Source: an uncultured Alphaproteobacteria bacterium
GTDB lineage: Bacteria; Pseudomonadota; Alphaproteobacteria; HIMB59
DNA length: 64,000 nt
Assembly: GCA_902617515.1 (NCBI GenBank)
Contig: CACMWX010000002.1
Span: 15,478 to 79,477, forward strand
Direction: 5' to 3'
Below the pieces are notes generated by a model, which worked only from the letters and a program-made list of their open reading frames with translations, had not been told where the DNA came from and made no database searches. The position numbers were made by a program, and so were the translations under genes. Shown here piece by piece: positions 8,572 to 18,863 of the stretch (within the stretch, counting starts at the first letter, position 1; each line of letters starts with the position of its first letter).

Positions 8572-11563
8572 CAGTTTTAGAACAACCAACTCAACCGGAC
8601 TTATTAATAAGGATAAAAAAATTAACTTTACTTTTAACGGAACTATTTATCATGGCTATGAAGGAGACACCCTTGCATCTGCTTTAATTGCAAATGGTGT
8701 TCATTTAGTTGGAAGAAGTTTTAAGTATCATCGCCCTCGCGGTTTTTTGGGAGTTGGTGTTGAAGAACCAAATGCAATGGTACAATTGCATGATGGTAAT
8801 AAATCTGAACCTAATATCATTGCGACCGAAGTTGAGTTAGTTGAGGGATTAAAAGCTAAAAGTCAAAATTGTTGGCCTTCAGTTCAATTTGATATTGGAG
8901 AAATCAATAATGTCTTAAATCGTTTTTTTCCTGCAGGTTTCTATTACAAAACATTTATGTGGCCAAAAAGTTTTTGGATGAAAATCTATGAACCATTTAT
9001 AAGAAAAGCTGCTGGTATGGGTAAAGCACCACTGTTACCTGACCCAGATAGGTACGAGCATAATTATGAACACTGCGATGTACTCGTTGTTGGCTCTGGT
9101 CCATCAGGCCTCGCAAGTGCTCTGGCTGCTGCAAAAAACGGGGCAAGGGTAATATTAGCAGAAGACAAGCCTAATTTTGGTGGCTCTCTTCTAACTGACG
9201 AAGTTACGATTGGTAACATGTCAGGAAAAGAGTGGGCTAGTGATACCATTTCCCAGCTAAAAAGTATGCCAAATGTAATATTAAAAAAAAGGTCACAAGT
9301 CTTTGGATACTATGATCACAATATGACCGTAATGATTGAAAGAGTTAGCGATCATATTGAAAATCCCTCAAAATACACTCCAAGACAAAGACTACATTAT
9401 ATTAGAGCTGGAGAAGTAATTGTTTCAACTGGTTCTATTGAAAGACCAATATCTTTTGGAAACAATGATAGGCCAGGAATTGTATTAGCCTCAGCAGCAA
9501 AAGAATATATGAAGGTTTATGAAACATTAGTTGGTAAGAAACCAATTATATTTACCAATAATGATACAGCATATTCAACTGCCCTTGAGTTTATTAAAAA
9601 TGATATTGAACCAATCATTGTAGACACTCGAGACAGCTCAAACGGTGAATTAGTCAAGGAAGTTCAGCAAAAGGGTATTTCTATAAAATTTAATTCAGGG
9701 ATCGCAGACACTAAAGGACATTTGAAGATAAACTCTGCTATCATCGGTAAGCTTGACTCTTCAAAAGAGTCTTTTATTTCAGAAGAAACAGTAGAGTGTG
9801 ATTGCATTTGTATGTCCGGAGGCTGGACACCAACAGTTCATTTATCTTCCCAAGCTGGAAATAAATTAAAGTTTAACGATGATATTGATGCATTCGTACC
9901 AGATAAAAAAAGACAGAAAGAAACTGCAATTGGAGCTGCTAATGGTTCTTTTACCTTAAATCAATCTCTAGCTGAAGGTTTTCAAGTGGGCTTTGATTTA
10001 TCAAACAAATTCACAGATCAAAATAATCCTACAAATAGTCCCAACTCAAATGAACCTAGCTATGAAAAACATGAAAAGCTCTGGTGTATGCCTTTACCAT
10101 CTGGAAAAAAACCAAAACGCTTTATCGACTTTCAAAATGACGTTGCAGTTTCTGATGTAGAGCTTGCAATTAGAGAAGGCTTCAGATCAATTGAGCACGT
10201 CAAAAGATATACAACTCTTGGGATGGCCGGCGATCAAGGTAAGACAAGTAATTTAAATGGTTTGCAATATGTATCTAAAATAGAAAAAAAGATTGTTCCA
10301 GAAGTTGGTCATACAACATTTAGACCACCATACACTCCTGTAACAATTGGAGCTATCGTGGGTAGAGAAGTTGGTAATCACTATTTACCGACAAGAAAAT
10401 CTCCCATTCATACATGGCATGAGGAAAATAATGCTGTTTTTGTAGCAGCAGGTTTATGGCAAAGACCTAGATACTATCCAAGGGGTTCTGAGGATATGAA
10501 CACTGCTGTTAATAGGGAAGCTGCAAATGTAAGAAAAAACGTTGGAATTTGTGATGTTACGACACTTGGTAAGATTGATATTAAAGGTCCGGATGCACCA
10601 GAATTCTTAAACAGAGTTTATACAAATGCATGGCTGAAACTGCCCGTTGGAAAAGCTAGATATGGAGTAATGCTAAGGGAAGATGGCATGGTTTTTGATG
10701 ATGGAACAACATCTCGATTATCTGAAAATCATTTTCATATGACTACCACTACTGCCCAAGCTGCAAATGTTTTATCGCACTTAGAGTATTATTTACAAGT
10801 TGTATGGCCAGATTTAGATGTAAATGTCTTATCAACTACTGAACAGTGGTCTGGTATAGCAGTGGCAGGTCCAAAATCTAGAGATCTTTTATCAAAATTA
10901 TTTCCTGATGTAGATATGTCAAATGAAGGTTTACCATTCATGGGTCTTGTTGACTCTTCAATAGACGGTATCAAAGCTAGAATTTATAGAATTTCTTTTT
11001 CTGGCGAACTAGCTTATGAGGTGAATGTCGAGTCAAACTATGGTCTTTATATTTGGAAGAAGATCATGGAAGAGGGACAGTCATTTGATATTCAACCATA
11101 CGGAACAGAGGCTCTATCAACCTTAAGAATAGAAATGGGTCATGTCGCAGGAGCAGAATTAGACGGACGCACTATTCCTTTTGATGTTGGACTGAATAGT
11201 ATGGTGAGTCAGAAAAAGGATTTCATAGGTAAAAGATCTTTATCTAAAGACGCATTCACTGAGTCGGATAGACAAACTATTGTTGGACTTGTTCCACTAG
11301 ACAAAAAAACAAAGATCCCAGAGGGTTCACATATTATAGAAGATAATAGTGCTGTTGCCCCAATACCTAAACTTGGACATGTTTCATCTTCTTGTTGGAG
11401 TGTTGAATATAATAATCCTTTTTCCATAGCCATTATAAAAGATGGTAAAAATAAAATTGGTAAAAATCTATATGCTGTCTCTCCTTTAAAAGATATTTCA
11501 ATTCCTGTTGAGGTAGTATCCTCACACTATGTTGATCCCGAAGGCTCAAGGGTGAGATCATAA
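8564..11563 (+). CDS. soxA: Sarcosine oxidase alpha-family subunit (MgdC-like)
   Basis: 999 aa. GDTLASAL, RSFKYHRPRG, HVKRYTTLGM.DQGK and a C-terminal GcvT-like domain. Confidence 0.9.
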   Translation: MSNSFRTTNSTGLINKDKKINFTFNGTIYHGYEGDTLASALIANGVHLVGRSFKYHRPRGFLGVGVEEPNAMVQLHDGNKSEPNIIATEVELVEGLKAKSQNCWPSVQFDIGEINNVLNRFFPAGFYYKTFMWPKSFWMKIYEPFIRKAAGMGKAPLLPDPDRYEHNYEHCDVLVVGSGPSGLASALAAAKNGARVILAEDKPNFGGSLLTDEVTIGNMSGKEWASDTISQLKSMPNVILKKRSQVFGYYDHNMTVMIERVSDHIENPSKYTPRQRLHYIRAGEVIVSTGSIERPISFGNNDRPGIVLASAAKEYMKVYETLVGKKPIIFTNNDTAYSTALEFIKNDIEPIIVDTRDSSNGELVKEVQQKGISIKFNSGIADTKGHLKINSAIIGKLDSSKESFISEETVECDCICMSGGWTPTVHLSSQAGNKLKFNDDIDAFVPDKKRQKETAIGAANGSFTLNQSLAEGFQVGFDLSNKFTDQNNPTNSPNSNEPSYEKHEKLWCMPLPSGKKPKRFIDFQNDVAVSDVELAIREGFRSIEHVKRYTTLGMAGDQGKTSNLNGLQYVSKIEKKIVPEVGHTTFRPPYTPVTIGAIVGREVGNHYLPTRKSPIHTWHEENNAVFVAAGLWQRPRYYPRGSEDMNTAVNREAANVRKNVGICDVTTLGKIDIKGPDAPEFLNRVYTNAWLKLPVGKARYGVMLREDGMVFDDGTTSRLSENHFHMTTTTAQAANVLSHLEYYLQVVWPDLDVNVLSTTEQWSGIAVAGPKSRDLLSKLFPDVDMSNEGLPFMGLVDSSIDGIKARIYRISFSGELAYEVNVESNYGLYIWKKIMEEGQSFDIQPYGTEALSTLRIEMGHVAGAELDGRTIPFDVGLNSMVSQKKDFIGKRSLSKDAFTESDRQTIVGLVPLDKKTKIPEGSHIIEDNSAVAPIPKLGHVSSSCWSVEYNNPFSIAIIKDGKNKIGKNLYAVSPLKDISIPVEVVSSHYVDPEGSRVRS

Positions 11564-12159
11564 TGGAACAAGCACAAAATCTATCACCACTTCATTTTGA
11601 TCATAAGCTCGGTTTGTTTGGCGACCATGAGAATAAAGAAAACCTATTAAAAATTTCGGAAATAAAAGACCTAAGTATTATCCAAATTGCTAAATTTAAA
11701 AAAAGCTCAATTGAGATTGAAAAAGTTACCATAAATCAACTTAATTTACCGACAGAAAGTCTAAAAGTTTCTCACAACCAAGAAACAAGAGTATTGTGGA
11801 CCGGTCCTGATACCTGGTTAATTATCTCAAAAAAAATTGACTTGAAAGACGAAATTTACAAATCGATTAGAGATGAGGATTTTGCCATCACAGATATTTC
11901 ACAATCAAGAGCTGTATTACAAATATCAGGCATAAATGCAAAAAATGTTTTAAAAAAAGGTTCTCCAATAAATTTTAATGAAAATATGTTTAAACCAAAT
12001 AATTGCGTGAACACTACATATAACGGAATTAACATACTGATCGACTATTTAGACGACCAACCGTTTTGTTTTAACCTTTATGCATTAAGAAGCTTTGGTG
12101 GTTCTTTTTACCATAGCATTACTGACTCGTCATTAGAGTATGGGTATGAGGGTATTTAA
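11563..12159 (+). CDS. soxG: Sarcosine oxidase gamma-family subunit (MgdD-like)
   Basis: LWTGPDTWL and RSFG motifs; TAATG-coupled to soxA. Confidence 0.82.
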   Translation: MEQAQNLSPLHFDHKLGLFGDHENKENLLKISEIKDLSIIQIAKFKKSSIEIEKVTINQLNLPTESLKVSHNQETRVLWTGPDTWLIISKKIDLKDEIYKSIRDEDFAITDISQSRAVLQISGINAKNVLKKGSPINFNENMFKPNNCVNTTYNGINILIDYLDDQPFCFNLYALRSFGGSFYHSITDSSLEYGYEGI

Positions 12160-12164
12160 TATTA

Positions 12165-13046
12165 ATGTGCGGTATAGTTGGAATATATTTAAAAAATAAA
12201 AAATATAATTCACAATTAGGTAAATTTCTCACTGGTATGATGAATAGTATGGCTACGCGTGGTCCTGATAGTGCAGGTTTTGCGATATACTCATCTGAGA
12301 AAAAAAAGAAATATAAATATTCAGTCTGTTCTAATACTGATGAAGTTAAAGAAATTTCAAAAAAACTATCTAAGCAAGTAAAAGATATCAAAGTAAAATC
12401 TATTTCAGATCATTTAATAATTGAAACAGCAATGAAGCCTAAGAAATTCATAGAAATTTTAAAAAATTATGATGAATTAAGTTTAGTTGGATATGGTAGT
12501 TGCATAGAAATATTTAAACAAGTGGGAAATCCGAAAGATGTTGTTAAAAATTTTTCACTAGAGAAGTTTTCTGGCTCACATGCTATTGGGCATACAAGGA
12601 TGGCAACAGAAAGTGCAATCACGACAGATGGCTCTCATCCATATTCCACAGGTGAGGATGAATGTCTTGTACATAACGGATCCTTGTCAAATCACAACAA
12701 TTTAAGAAGATCTCTTCTGAAAAAAGGGATTGAAATAAAGTCCATGAATGATACGGAAGTCGCTGCAGGTTATATTTCAAACGGATTATCTGATAAAAAA
12801 TCACTCAAAGAAACACTTTTGGATGGACTGAAGGACCTCGATGGTTTTTACACATTTATTTCTGGAACCAAAAATGGCATGGCAATTGTTAGAGACGAGA
12901 TAGCTTGTAAGCCCGCAGTTGTTGCAGAAACAAAGGATTATGTTGCTATTGCCTCAGAGTTTCAAGCAATGGCACACTTACCAAATGTAAATTCAGCAAA
13001 AATTTTTGAACCAGAGCCCGGAAAAGTATACAGCTGGGGCAAATAA
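12165..13046 (+). CDS. mgsA: N-methylglutamate synthase subunit A (class II glutamine amidotransferase, GlxB)
   Basis: N-terminal MCG nucleophile, RGPDSAG, GHTRMATES, HNGSLSN. Confidence 0.85.
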   Translation: MCGIVGIYLKNKKYNSQLGKFLTGMMNSMATRGPDSAGFAIYSSEKKKKYKYSVCSNTDEVKEISKKLSKQVKDIKVKSISDHLIIETAMKPKKFIEILKNYDELSLVGYGSCIEIFKQVGNPKDVVKNFSLEKFSGSHAIGHTRMATESAITTDGSHPYSTGEDECLVHNGSLSNHNNLRRSLLKKGIEIKSMNDTEVAAGYISNGLSDKKSLKETLLDGLKDLDGFYTFISGTKNGMAIVRDEIACKPAVVAETKDYVAIASEFQAMAHLPNVNSAKIFEPEPGKVYSWGK

Positions 13047-13729
13047 TGAATTTAAACTTAAAAAAAGAGTCATTGAGAAAAGTTAATGAAACTCTTCAAA
13101 GTATAGATAGAAAATCAAACAAAAAGATTTTTAAAATTTCAAATCCAGATGGAAATCACGCTATTTGTGCTGGACTAAAAGACGAGATTGAAGTCACTAT
13201 TGATGGTCACACAGGATACTATTGTGCTGGTATGAACATGAATGCAAATATCATTGTAAATGGAAATGTGGGCACAGGTGTTGCCGAAAATATGATGTCC
13301 GGAACTGTTCATGTTAAGGGCAATGCATCCCAATCAGCTGGAGCTACAGCACATGGCGGAACTTTGATCATTGATGGCGATACTAGTTCACGTTGTGGGA
13401 TTTCAATGAAAGGAATAGATATTATAGTCAAAGGATCGGTAGGCCACATGTCCGCATTTATGGCTCAATCTGGAAATTTAGTTATATGTGGAGATGCTGG
13501 AGATGCTCTAGGAGACAGCATCTATGAAGCGAATATTTTTATTAAGGGTAATGTGAAATCACTCGGTGCTGACTGCGAAGAGAAAAAAATGAATAAAAAA
13601 GATCAAAACATTTTGAGATCTCTTTTAAAAAAAGCAAGTATAAATGAAAGTGAAATTAAAAACTTCAAAATGTATGGTTCAGCAAGAAAACTTTATAATT
13701 TTAATATAGATAATGTATCGGAGTATTAA
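13046..13729 (+). CDS. mgsB: N-methylglutamate synthase subunit B (GXGXG/FwdC beta-helix, GlxC)
   Basis: GYYCAGMN, GVAENMMSG, RCGISMKG, YGSARKLYNF. Confidence 0.85.
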   Translation: MNLNLKKESLRKVNETLQSIDRKSNKKIFKISNPDGNHAICAGLKDEIEVTIDGHTGYYCAGMNMNANIIVNGNVGTGVAENMMSGTVHVKGNASQSAGATAHGGTLIIDGDTSSRCGISMKGIDIIVKGSVGHMSAFMAQSGNLVICGDAGDALGDSIYEANIFIKGNVKSLGADCEEKKMNKKDQNILRSLLKKASINESEIKNFKMYGSARKLYNFNIDNVSEY

Positions 13730-15048
13730 TGGCAGAAAAATTTAAAACTACACCCAGAAAATCTTGGACATTTGACGACTATACTAACTCTGAAATTCGA
13801 AGAGCTGCAGAAACAGGTATTTATGACATTAGAGGTGGTGGTTCAAAAAAAAGACTACCTCATTTTGACGATCTTCTTTTTTTAGGCGCATCAATGTCAA
13901 GATACCCTTTAGAGGGCTACAGAGAAAAGTGTAGCACTAACGTAACTCTTGGAACAAGATTTGCAAAAAAACCGCTTGAATTAGATATTCCAATAACAAT
14001 TGCTGGTATGAGCTTTGGAGCTCTCTCAGGACCTGCAAAAGAAGCGCTTGGAAGAGGAGCTAGTATTGCTGGGACTTCAACGACAACAGGTGATGGAGGC
14101 ATGACCCCTGAGGAGAGAGGACAATCAAAGCATTTGGTTTACCAATTACTTCCCTCAAGGTATGGAATGAATCCAGAGGATTTAAGAAAAGCAGATGCTA
14201 TTGAAGTTGTGATAGGTCAAGGTGCCAAACCTGGCGGTGGAGGTATGTTACTTGGTCAAAAGATAAGTGATCGTGTTGCCGAGATGAGAACATTACCAAA
14301 AGGAATTGATCAGAGATCAGCATGTAGACATCCAGATTGGACTGGACCAGATGATTTGGAAATTAAGATTTTAGAACTCAGGGAAATAACAGGTTGGAAA
14401 GTTCCTATATTTGTAAAAATTGCAGGATCTAGGCCTTACTACGATACCGCTCTTGCAGTAAAAGCAGGTGCTGATGTAGTGGTGCTTGATGGCATGCAAG
14501 GAGGTACTGCAGCTACACAGGAGGTATTTATCGAAAACGTAGGTCAGCCAACATTGGCGTGTATTAGGCCAGCAGTAGATGCTTTATTAGACTTAGATAT
14601 GCACAGGAAAGTTCAGTTAATTATTTCAGGCGGAATTAGAAATGGTGCGGATGTTGCTAAAGCTATGGCATTGGGTGCTGATGCTGTTTCCATTGGCTCA
14701 TCAGCATTAATTGCACTTGGTGATAATGATCCAAAGTGGGAAAGCGATTATAAAAAACTTGGAACAACAGCTGGTGCCTTCGATGATTGGCATGAGGGTA
14801 AAGACCCATCTGGCATAAATACACAAGACCCAAAATTAATGAAAAGATTAGATCCAGTAAAAGGCGGAAAAAGATTATCTAATTATCTAAAGGTTATGAC
14901 TCTTGAAGCCCAAACTATAGCGAGGGCATGTGGTAAAAACGATTTACATAATCTTGAACCTGAGGACCTATGTGCATTAACAGTTGAAGCTGCTGCAATG
15001 GCAAGGGTTCCTTTAGCGGGAACCGGTTGGGTGCCTGGTAAGATTTAA
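13729..15048 (+). CDS. mgsC: N-methylglutamate synthase subunit C (FMN glutamate synthase domain, GlxD)
   Basis: MSFGALS, GQGAKPGGGG, RHPDWTGPDDL. It has no Fe-S cysteines (DDWHEGKDPSG). Confidence 0.87.
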   Translation: MAEKFKTTPRKSWTFDDYTNSEIRRAAETGIYDIRGGGSKKRLPHFDDLLFLGASMSRYPLEGYREKCSTNVTLGTRFAKKPLELDIPITIAGMSFGALSGPAKEALGRGASIAGTSTTTGDGGMTPEERGQSKHLVYQLLPSRYGMNPEDLRKADAIEVVIGQGAKPGGGGMLLGQKISDRVAEMRTLPKGIDQRSACRHPDWTGPDDLEIKILELREITGWKVPIFVKIAGSRPYYDTALAVKAGADVVVLDGMQGGTAATQEVFIENVGQPTLACIRPAVDALLDLDMHRKVQLIISGGIRNGADVAKAMALGADAVSIGSSALIALGDNDPKWESDYKKLGTTAGAFDDWHEGKDPSGINTQDPKLMKRLDPVKGGKRLSNYLKVMTLEAQTIARACGKNDLHNLEPEDLCALTVEAAAMARVPLAGTGWVPGKI

Positions 15049-15055
15049 CCATTAG

Positions 15056-15083
15056 TTGCTAATAACTTAAACTATACTATAAT
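15056..15083 (+). promoter_or_regulatory. Putative sigma70 promoter of the IclR regulator gene
   Basis: TTGCTA (15056-15061), a 16-bp spacer, then TATAAT (15078-15083), followed directly by the operator and a GGAGG RBS. Confidence 0.5.
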
Positions 15084-15101
15084 GTTTCATTCTGTGGAAC
15101 A
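15083..15101. promoter_or_regulatory. Putative IclR-family operator, copy 2 (TGTTTCATTCTGTGGAACA), suggesting autoregulation
   Basis: Same palindrome as at 6964 and 15929; lies between the -10 box and the RBS of the iclR-like gene. Confidence 0.68.
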
Positions 15102-15118
15102 TTGATTGGAGGACAGTT

Positions 15119-15889
15119 TTGCAACAAGATTTAAAATATATAAATAAATCTCTGGAAAAATCTTTTAAAATTCTTGAAATTTTATCAAAATCAATTTTCC
15201 CGTTGAAGGCATCAAATATTTCCAGAAAAGCAATTTTATCTAGAACAACTACATTTAGACTATTGTCTGTTTTATCTCAACTTGGTTATATCCATAAAAA
15301 TACTGGATCGAATACATACACTATGGGGCATAAAGCTTTTCAATTTGGAGAAACCTCAGATTATCTTCAGTCAATTTCTGAGACTTCTAAAGAAATTCTA
15401 AAAGAGGTCTCTAGTAAAACGAATTTAATTACCTATTTGGCAATGCTTGAAGGATCTCAAATAGTTCATTCTGATAAAATTTCTGACAACAATGATGATG
15501 CAACTATTAGAACTTTTAGAATGAGACTTGACGCTCATTGCTGTGCTTTGGGAAAAGTCATGCTTGCTTACAGACCTGAAAATGAAATTGCAACAATTTA
15601 TCGAAGTTATAATTTTTATCCTCACACAAACAATACAATTACAAATTTAAATGATTTAAAAAGACAACTTGGCAAAATTAGAACTAACGGTTATGCACTT
15701 AATCATGGAGAGGCTTTTGAAAACTCTTATGGAATAGGAGTTGCTATTTTAGACAAAGATAAAAGATCATTTGCTGGAATCGCTTTATCAGGAAGTAAAA
15801 ATATTTTAAACCCAAAAACTATGATGGATTATGTCGATCTTCTTCAATCTGCCTCGATTAAAATTTCTCGACTAATTGTTGCCAATTGA
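15119..15889 (+). CDS. IclR-family transcriptional regulator
   Basis: N-terminal wHTH (SLEKSFKILEIL...SRTTTFRLLSVL...GYI) and C-terminal HCCALGKVMLA. TTG start with a GGAGG RBS. Confidence 0.88.
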   Translation: MQQDLKYINKSLEKSFKILEILSKSIFPLKASNISRKAILSRTTTFRLLSVLSQLGYIHKNTGSNTYTMGHKAFQFGETSDYLQSISETSKEILKEVSSKTNLITYLAMLEGSQIVHSDKISDNNDDATIRTFRMRLDAHCCALGKVMLAYRPENEIATIYRSYNFYPHTNNTITNLNDLKRQLGKIRTNGYALNHGEAFENSYGIGVAILDKDKRSFAGIALSGSKNILNPKTMMDYVDLLQSASIKISRLIVAN

Positions 15890-15924
15890 CGATTATTGTT
15901 GATAAATAATAGATTTTTATAAAA

Positions 15925-15951
15925 ATTTTGTTTCATAATATGAAACAAAAT
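15925..15951. promoter_or_regulatory. Putative IclR-family operator, copy 3: perfect 13-bp inverted repeat ATTTTGTTTCATA-A-TATGAAACAAAAT upstream of the second operon
   Basis: The core TGTTTCATAATATGAAACA (15929-15947) matches copies 1 and 2. Confidence 0.75.
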
Positions 15952-16006
15952 GTGTTTTTTTCATACCTCGCAGACAAAATGTAATTGCTTGGAGGTTACT
16001 AAAATA

Positions 16007-17353
16007 ATGAGCTTACCTACTAAATGTGACTATTTAATAATCGGGGCTGGAATTCACGGTCTGAGCACCGCATGGCATCTTTGTAAAAAATTATCCAGCA
16101 AAGGCCAACTCAAAGAAAATTCTGTAGTCGTTTTGGAAAAATCCAAAGTTGCAAATGGAGCAAGTGGTGTTGCATGTGGAATTGTAAGGAACAACTACTA
16201 CCAGCCTGCAATGAGAAGACTAATGGCTCATTCTGTAAATGTTTGGAATGAGAATGCTGAGGCTTTAACTTACAAGCCAGTTGGCTACATGCAGATTAAC
16301 TCCGAGCTTATGCAAGAGGGCATGTCTGAAGTTTATGAGCAGCAAAAAGAAATAGGATTTGACTCTGAGTTTATCGAGGGAGCATCAGATTGTGATAAGT
16401 ATATGAAAGACATGTTGCCAGATTGGCAAGCTCAAGGCATCACCTCAGTTTTACACGAAAAGAAAACAGGATATGGAGCTAATAGAGGAGCCATAGAGGG
16501 CTTCCATAAGTTAGCAGTATCGGCTGGTGCAAAAGTTTTAGAAGGTGTGATTGTTAACAATTTAATTTCTTCTAATGGTAGTGGCGCAGTTTCGGCTGTA
16601 GAAACATCAGAGGGTAAAATTGAATGCACTCAATTAGTTGTTGCGGCTGGTCCATGGGTAAGAAAATTTTGGGAAATTTTAGAATTACCTAACACCGTAA
16701 AAATAAAAAAACCTGATGGTTCATTTACTGATGATATACCTATGTGGTCATACATGGCGCTTGAAGAGGGTGAGTTGGAAGTTGATCCAAGAAATTATAA
16801 AACAGCAAAAGGAACAGAGTACCCAGTTATTCATGTTGATACAGAAGCTACACTTGTCTCAAATAAAACAGGAGATGTTATACATGAAAATGTTATGTGG
16901 GGTTTTTACTATAAGCCCGATGTCTACAGAGATGGTATACAAGGCGGTTCCTCACCATATGACATAAATAAACCTGTAAACGATATTAGTCTTGACCCTT
17001 ATGGTCATGACTCAGATGAGTTTCAACCAAGGGCTTCTTTTGAGGATAAATGGACCTCAGCTTTGGCTTTTTGCCAAAAGCAATTTGATGGATGTCACGC
17101 TAAATACAAAAAGCAAAAAGCTGGCGGTATTGGCTGTGTTACTCCAGATCGTTTTCCCGTATTCGACCGATACAGAGAAAACGTATATATTATAGCTGAT
17201 GCAAACCATGGATACAAAATGGCTGGGTTAGGTGATCTTGTATCTAATGAGTTACTTGGTGAGAAATCTGAAATTCTAGAACCTTTTAGATTTTCTCGTT
17301 ATGAAGAAGGGAAGTTACATCCGGTTTCAAAGAGCCCGTTCCCTTGGAGTTGA
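16007..17353 (+). CDS. FAD-dependent oxidoreductase (DAO/sarcosine oxidase/DMGDH N-terminal family), a putative N-demethylase
   Basis: GAGIHGLSTAWHL, GASGVACG, AAGPW, TPDRFP, HGYKM. Start moved to ATG 16007 (GGAGG at 15991) because the track's ATG at 15950 lies inside the operator. Confidence 0.8.
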   Translation: MSLPTKCDYLIIGAGIHGLSTAWHLCKKLSSKGQLKENSVVVLEKSKVANGASGVACGIVRNNYYQPAMRRLMAHSVNVWNENAEALTYKPVGYMQINSELMQEGMSEVYEQQKEIGFDSEFIEGASDCDKYMKDMLPDWQAQGITSVLHEKKTGYGANRGAIEGFHKLAVSAGAKVLEGVIVNNLISSNGSGAVSAVETSEGKIECTQLVVAAGPWVRKFWEILELPNTVKIKKPDGSFTDDIPMWSYMALEEGELEVDPRNYKTAKGTEYPVIHVDTEATLVSNKTGDVIHENVMWGFYYKPDVYRDGIQGGSSPYDINKPVNDISLDPYGHDSDEFQPRASFEDKWTSALAFCQKQFDGCHAKYKKQKAGGIGCVTPDRFPVFDRYRENVYIIADANHGYKMAGLGDLVSNELLGEKSEILEPFRFSRYEEGKLHPVSKSPFPWS

Positions 17354-17374
17354 TGTAAAAGGAGGAGGAATAAA

Positions 17375-18844
17375 ATGACAGCGCTAGAAACGTACGTTAA
17401 GGATAAAAAGAGACAAGACTATATAAAACAAGTTAGAAAAAAAATTGATAAATTAGGAATTGAGTACATTTATTATCAATTTATTTCTGTTACAGGTCGA
17501 ATTGTAGGTAAAGGTGTTCCTGCAGATCATTGGGAGAGTGTAGCCAATAAAGGTTTCCAATTAGTTTATGGAGCTACTGCTAATCTATTTACAAATAGAC
17601 ATGGTGATTACATAGGTTATGGACCAGAGGCTCACGAATTAGTGGGTATACCTGACCCTGAAACATTTGTTCAAATTCCATGGGATAAAAGAATTGCCAG
17701 AGTTTTTTGTACTTGTTTTAGAAACAGGGAAGAAGAAAAAGATCCTGGTGGATATCTTACATCTGATTGCAGAGGTAACTTAAAAAGAGCCCACGAAGAA
17801 TTTAAAAAGAAACACAAACTAGAATTACGAGCAGGGACAGAACCTGAAATGATGTGGTTAACAAAAAACGAAGATGGTTCACCGACCGGTTCAGGTTTCT
17901 CTAAACCCTACTGCTATCACATTGATCAATTTGAATCATTAAGACCTGTTTACATGAAAGTTATTGAGTATTCACGTGCAATGGGTTTGGACATTATCCA
18001 AGGTGACCATGAGGACGCGCCTGGACAATTAGAACTAAATTTCAACTACGATGATGTTGTTAGAAACGCTGACAGGCTATCAACTTACAGACAAATCTGT
18101 GCTCAAGTAGCAAGAGAATTTAATTTGATTGCTTGTTTTCTGAGTAAGCCATTTGTCGGCGTGTCTGCTTCTGGGTGTCACACAAATGTTTCACTCTGGA
18201 AGGGTGGAAAAGATGAGTTAATACCATGTGGTAACAAGACTATCCCAGGTATGGAAAATGTATTTCATCACCGTAGAGGAGGTACAAATGTCTTTATGCC
18301 GGACGGAAAAGATAGAAGAATTCCTGGAAAAATAGGCCTTCAAGCAATTGGTGGTGTCATGGAACACCTTCCTGCTTTAACAGCCTTGGGTTCCTCAACT
18401 GTGAATTCATATAGAAGACTTTGGGATACAGGTTTTTGGGCTCCAGTTTATGCGGACTGGGGATATCAAAACAGAACCTGTGGTTTAAGGGTATCTGCCC
18501 CTGGTAGATTTGAATATCGATCAGTCGACTCAGCCCACAACCCATACTTAATGGGAAGCGGTCTGTTGAAAGCATTCGACCATGGTATTTCAAAGAAAAT
18601 GGATCCAGGCAAACCTGAACAACAAAATATGTATGAACAAATGAAAGCTGGTAAGCAAGTTGAAAAATTACCAATGACTCTTGGTGAGGCATTAGATCGA
18701 TTAGAAACCGACAAGGTAATACAAGATGCTCTACCAGGTGACATGATGAAAGTGTTTATGGAGTATAAAAGAGATGAGTGGGAAGAATTTTTAGCAACTC
18801 CGACTCAATGGGATCTCGATAAATACCTAGATTGCTTACCATAA
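17375..18844 (+). CDS. Glutamine synthetase-like gamma-glutamyl-amine ligase, divergent from GmaS
   Basis: GTEPEM, HEDAPGQLELN, SGCH, NRT.GLR, RFEYR. The Glu327-flap position is Trp (GFWAP). Strong GGAGGAGG RBS. Confidence 0.82.
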   Translation: MTALETYVKDKKRQDYIKQVRKKIDKLGIEYIYYQFISVTGRIVGKGVPADHWESVANKGFQLVYGATANLFTNRHGDYIGYGPEAHELVGIPDPETFVQIPWDKRIARVFCTCFRNREEEKDPGGYLTSDCRGNLKRAHEEFKKKHKLELRAGTEPEMMWLTKNEDGSPTGSGFSKPYCYHIDQFESLRPVYMKVIEYSRAMGLDIIQGDHEDAPGQLELNFNYDDVVRNADRLSTYRQICAQVAREFNLIACFLSKPFVGVSASGCHTNVSLWKGGKDELIPCGNKTIPGMENVFHHRRGGTNVFMPDGKDRRIPGKIGLQAIGGVMEHLPALTALGSSTVNSYRRLWDTGFWAPVYADWGYQNRTCGLRVSAPGRFEYRSVDSAHNPYLMGSGLLKAFDHGISKKMDPGKPEQQNMYEQMKAGKQVEKLPMTLGEALDRLETDKVIQDALPGDMMKVFMEYKRDEWEEFLATPTQWDLDKYLDCLP

Positions 18845-18863
18845 GATAAGATAGGAGAAAAGT

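Noticed and set aside
15950-16006. Upstream ATG of the FAD oxidoreductase
   Set aside because: It lies inside the operator palindrome; the RBS supports ATG 16007.
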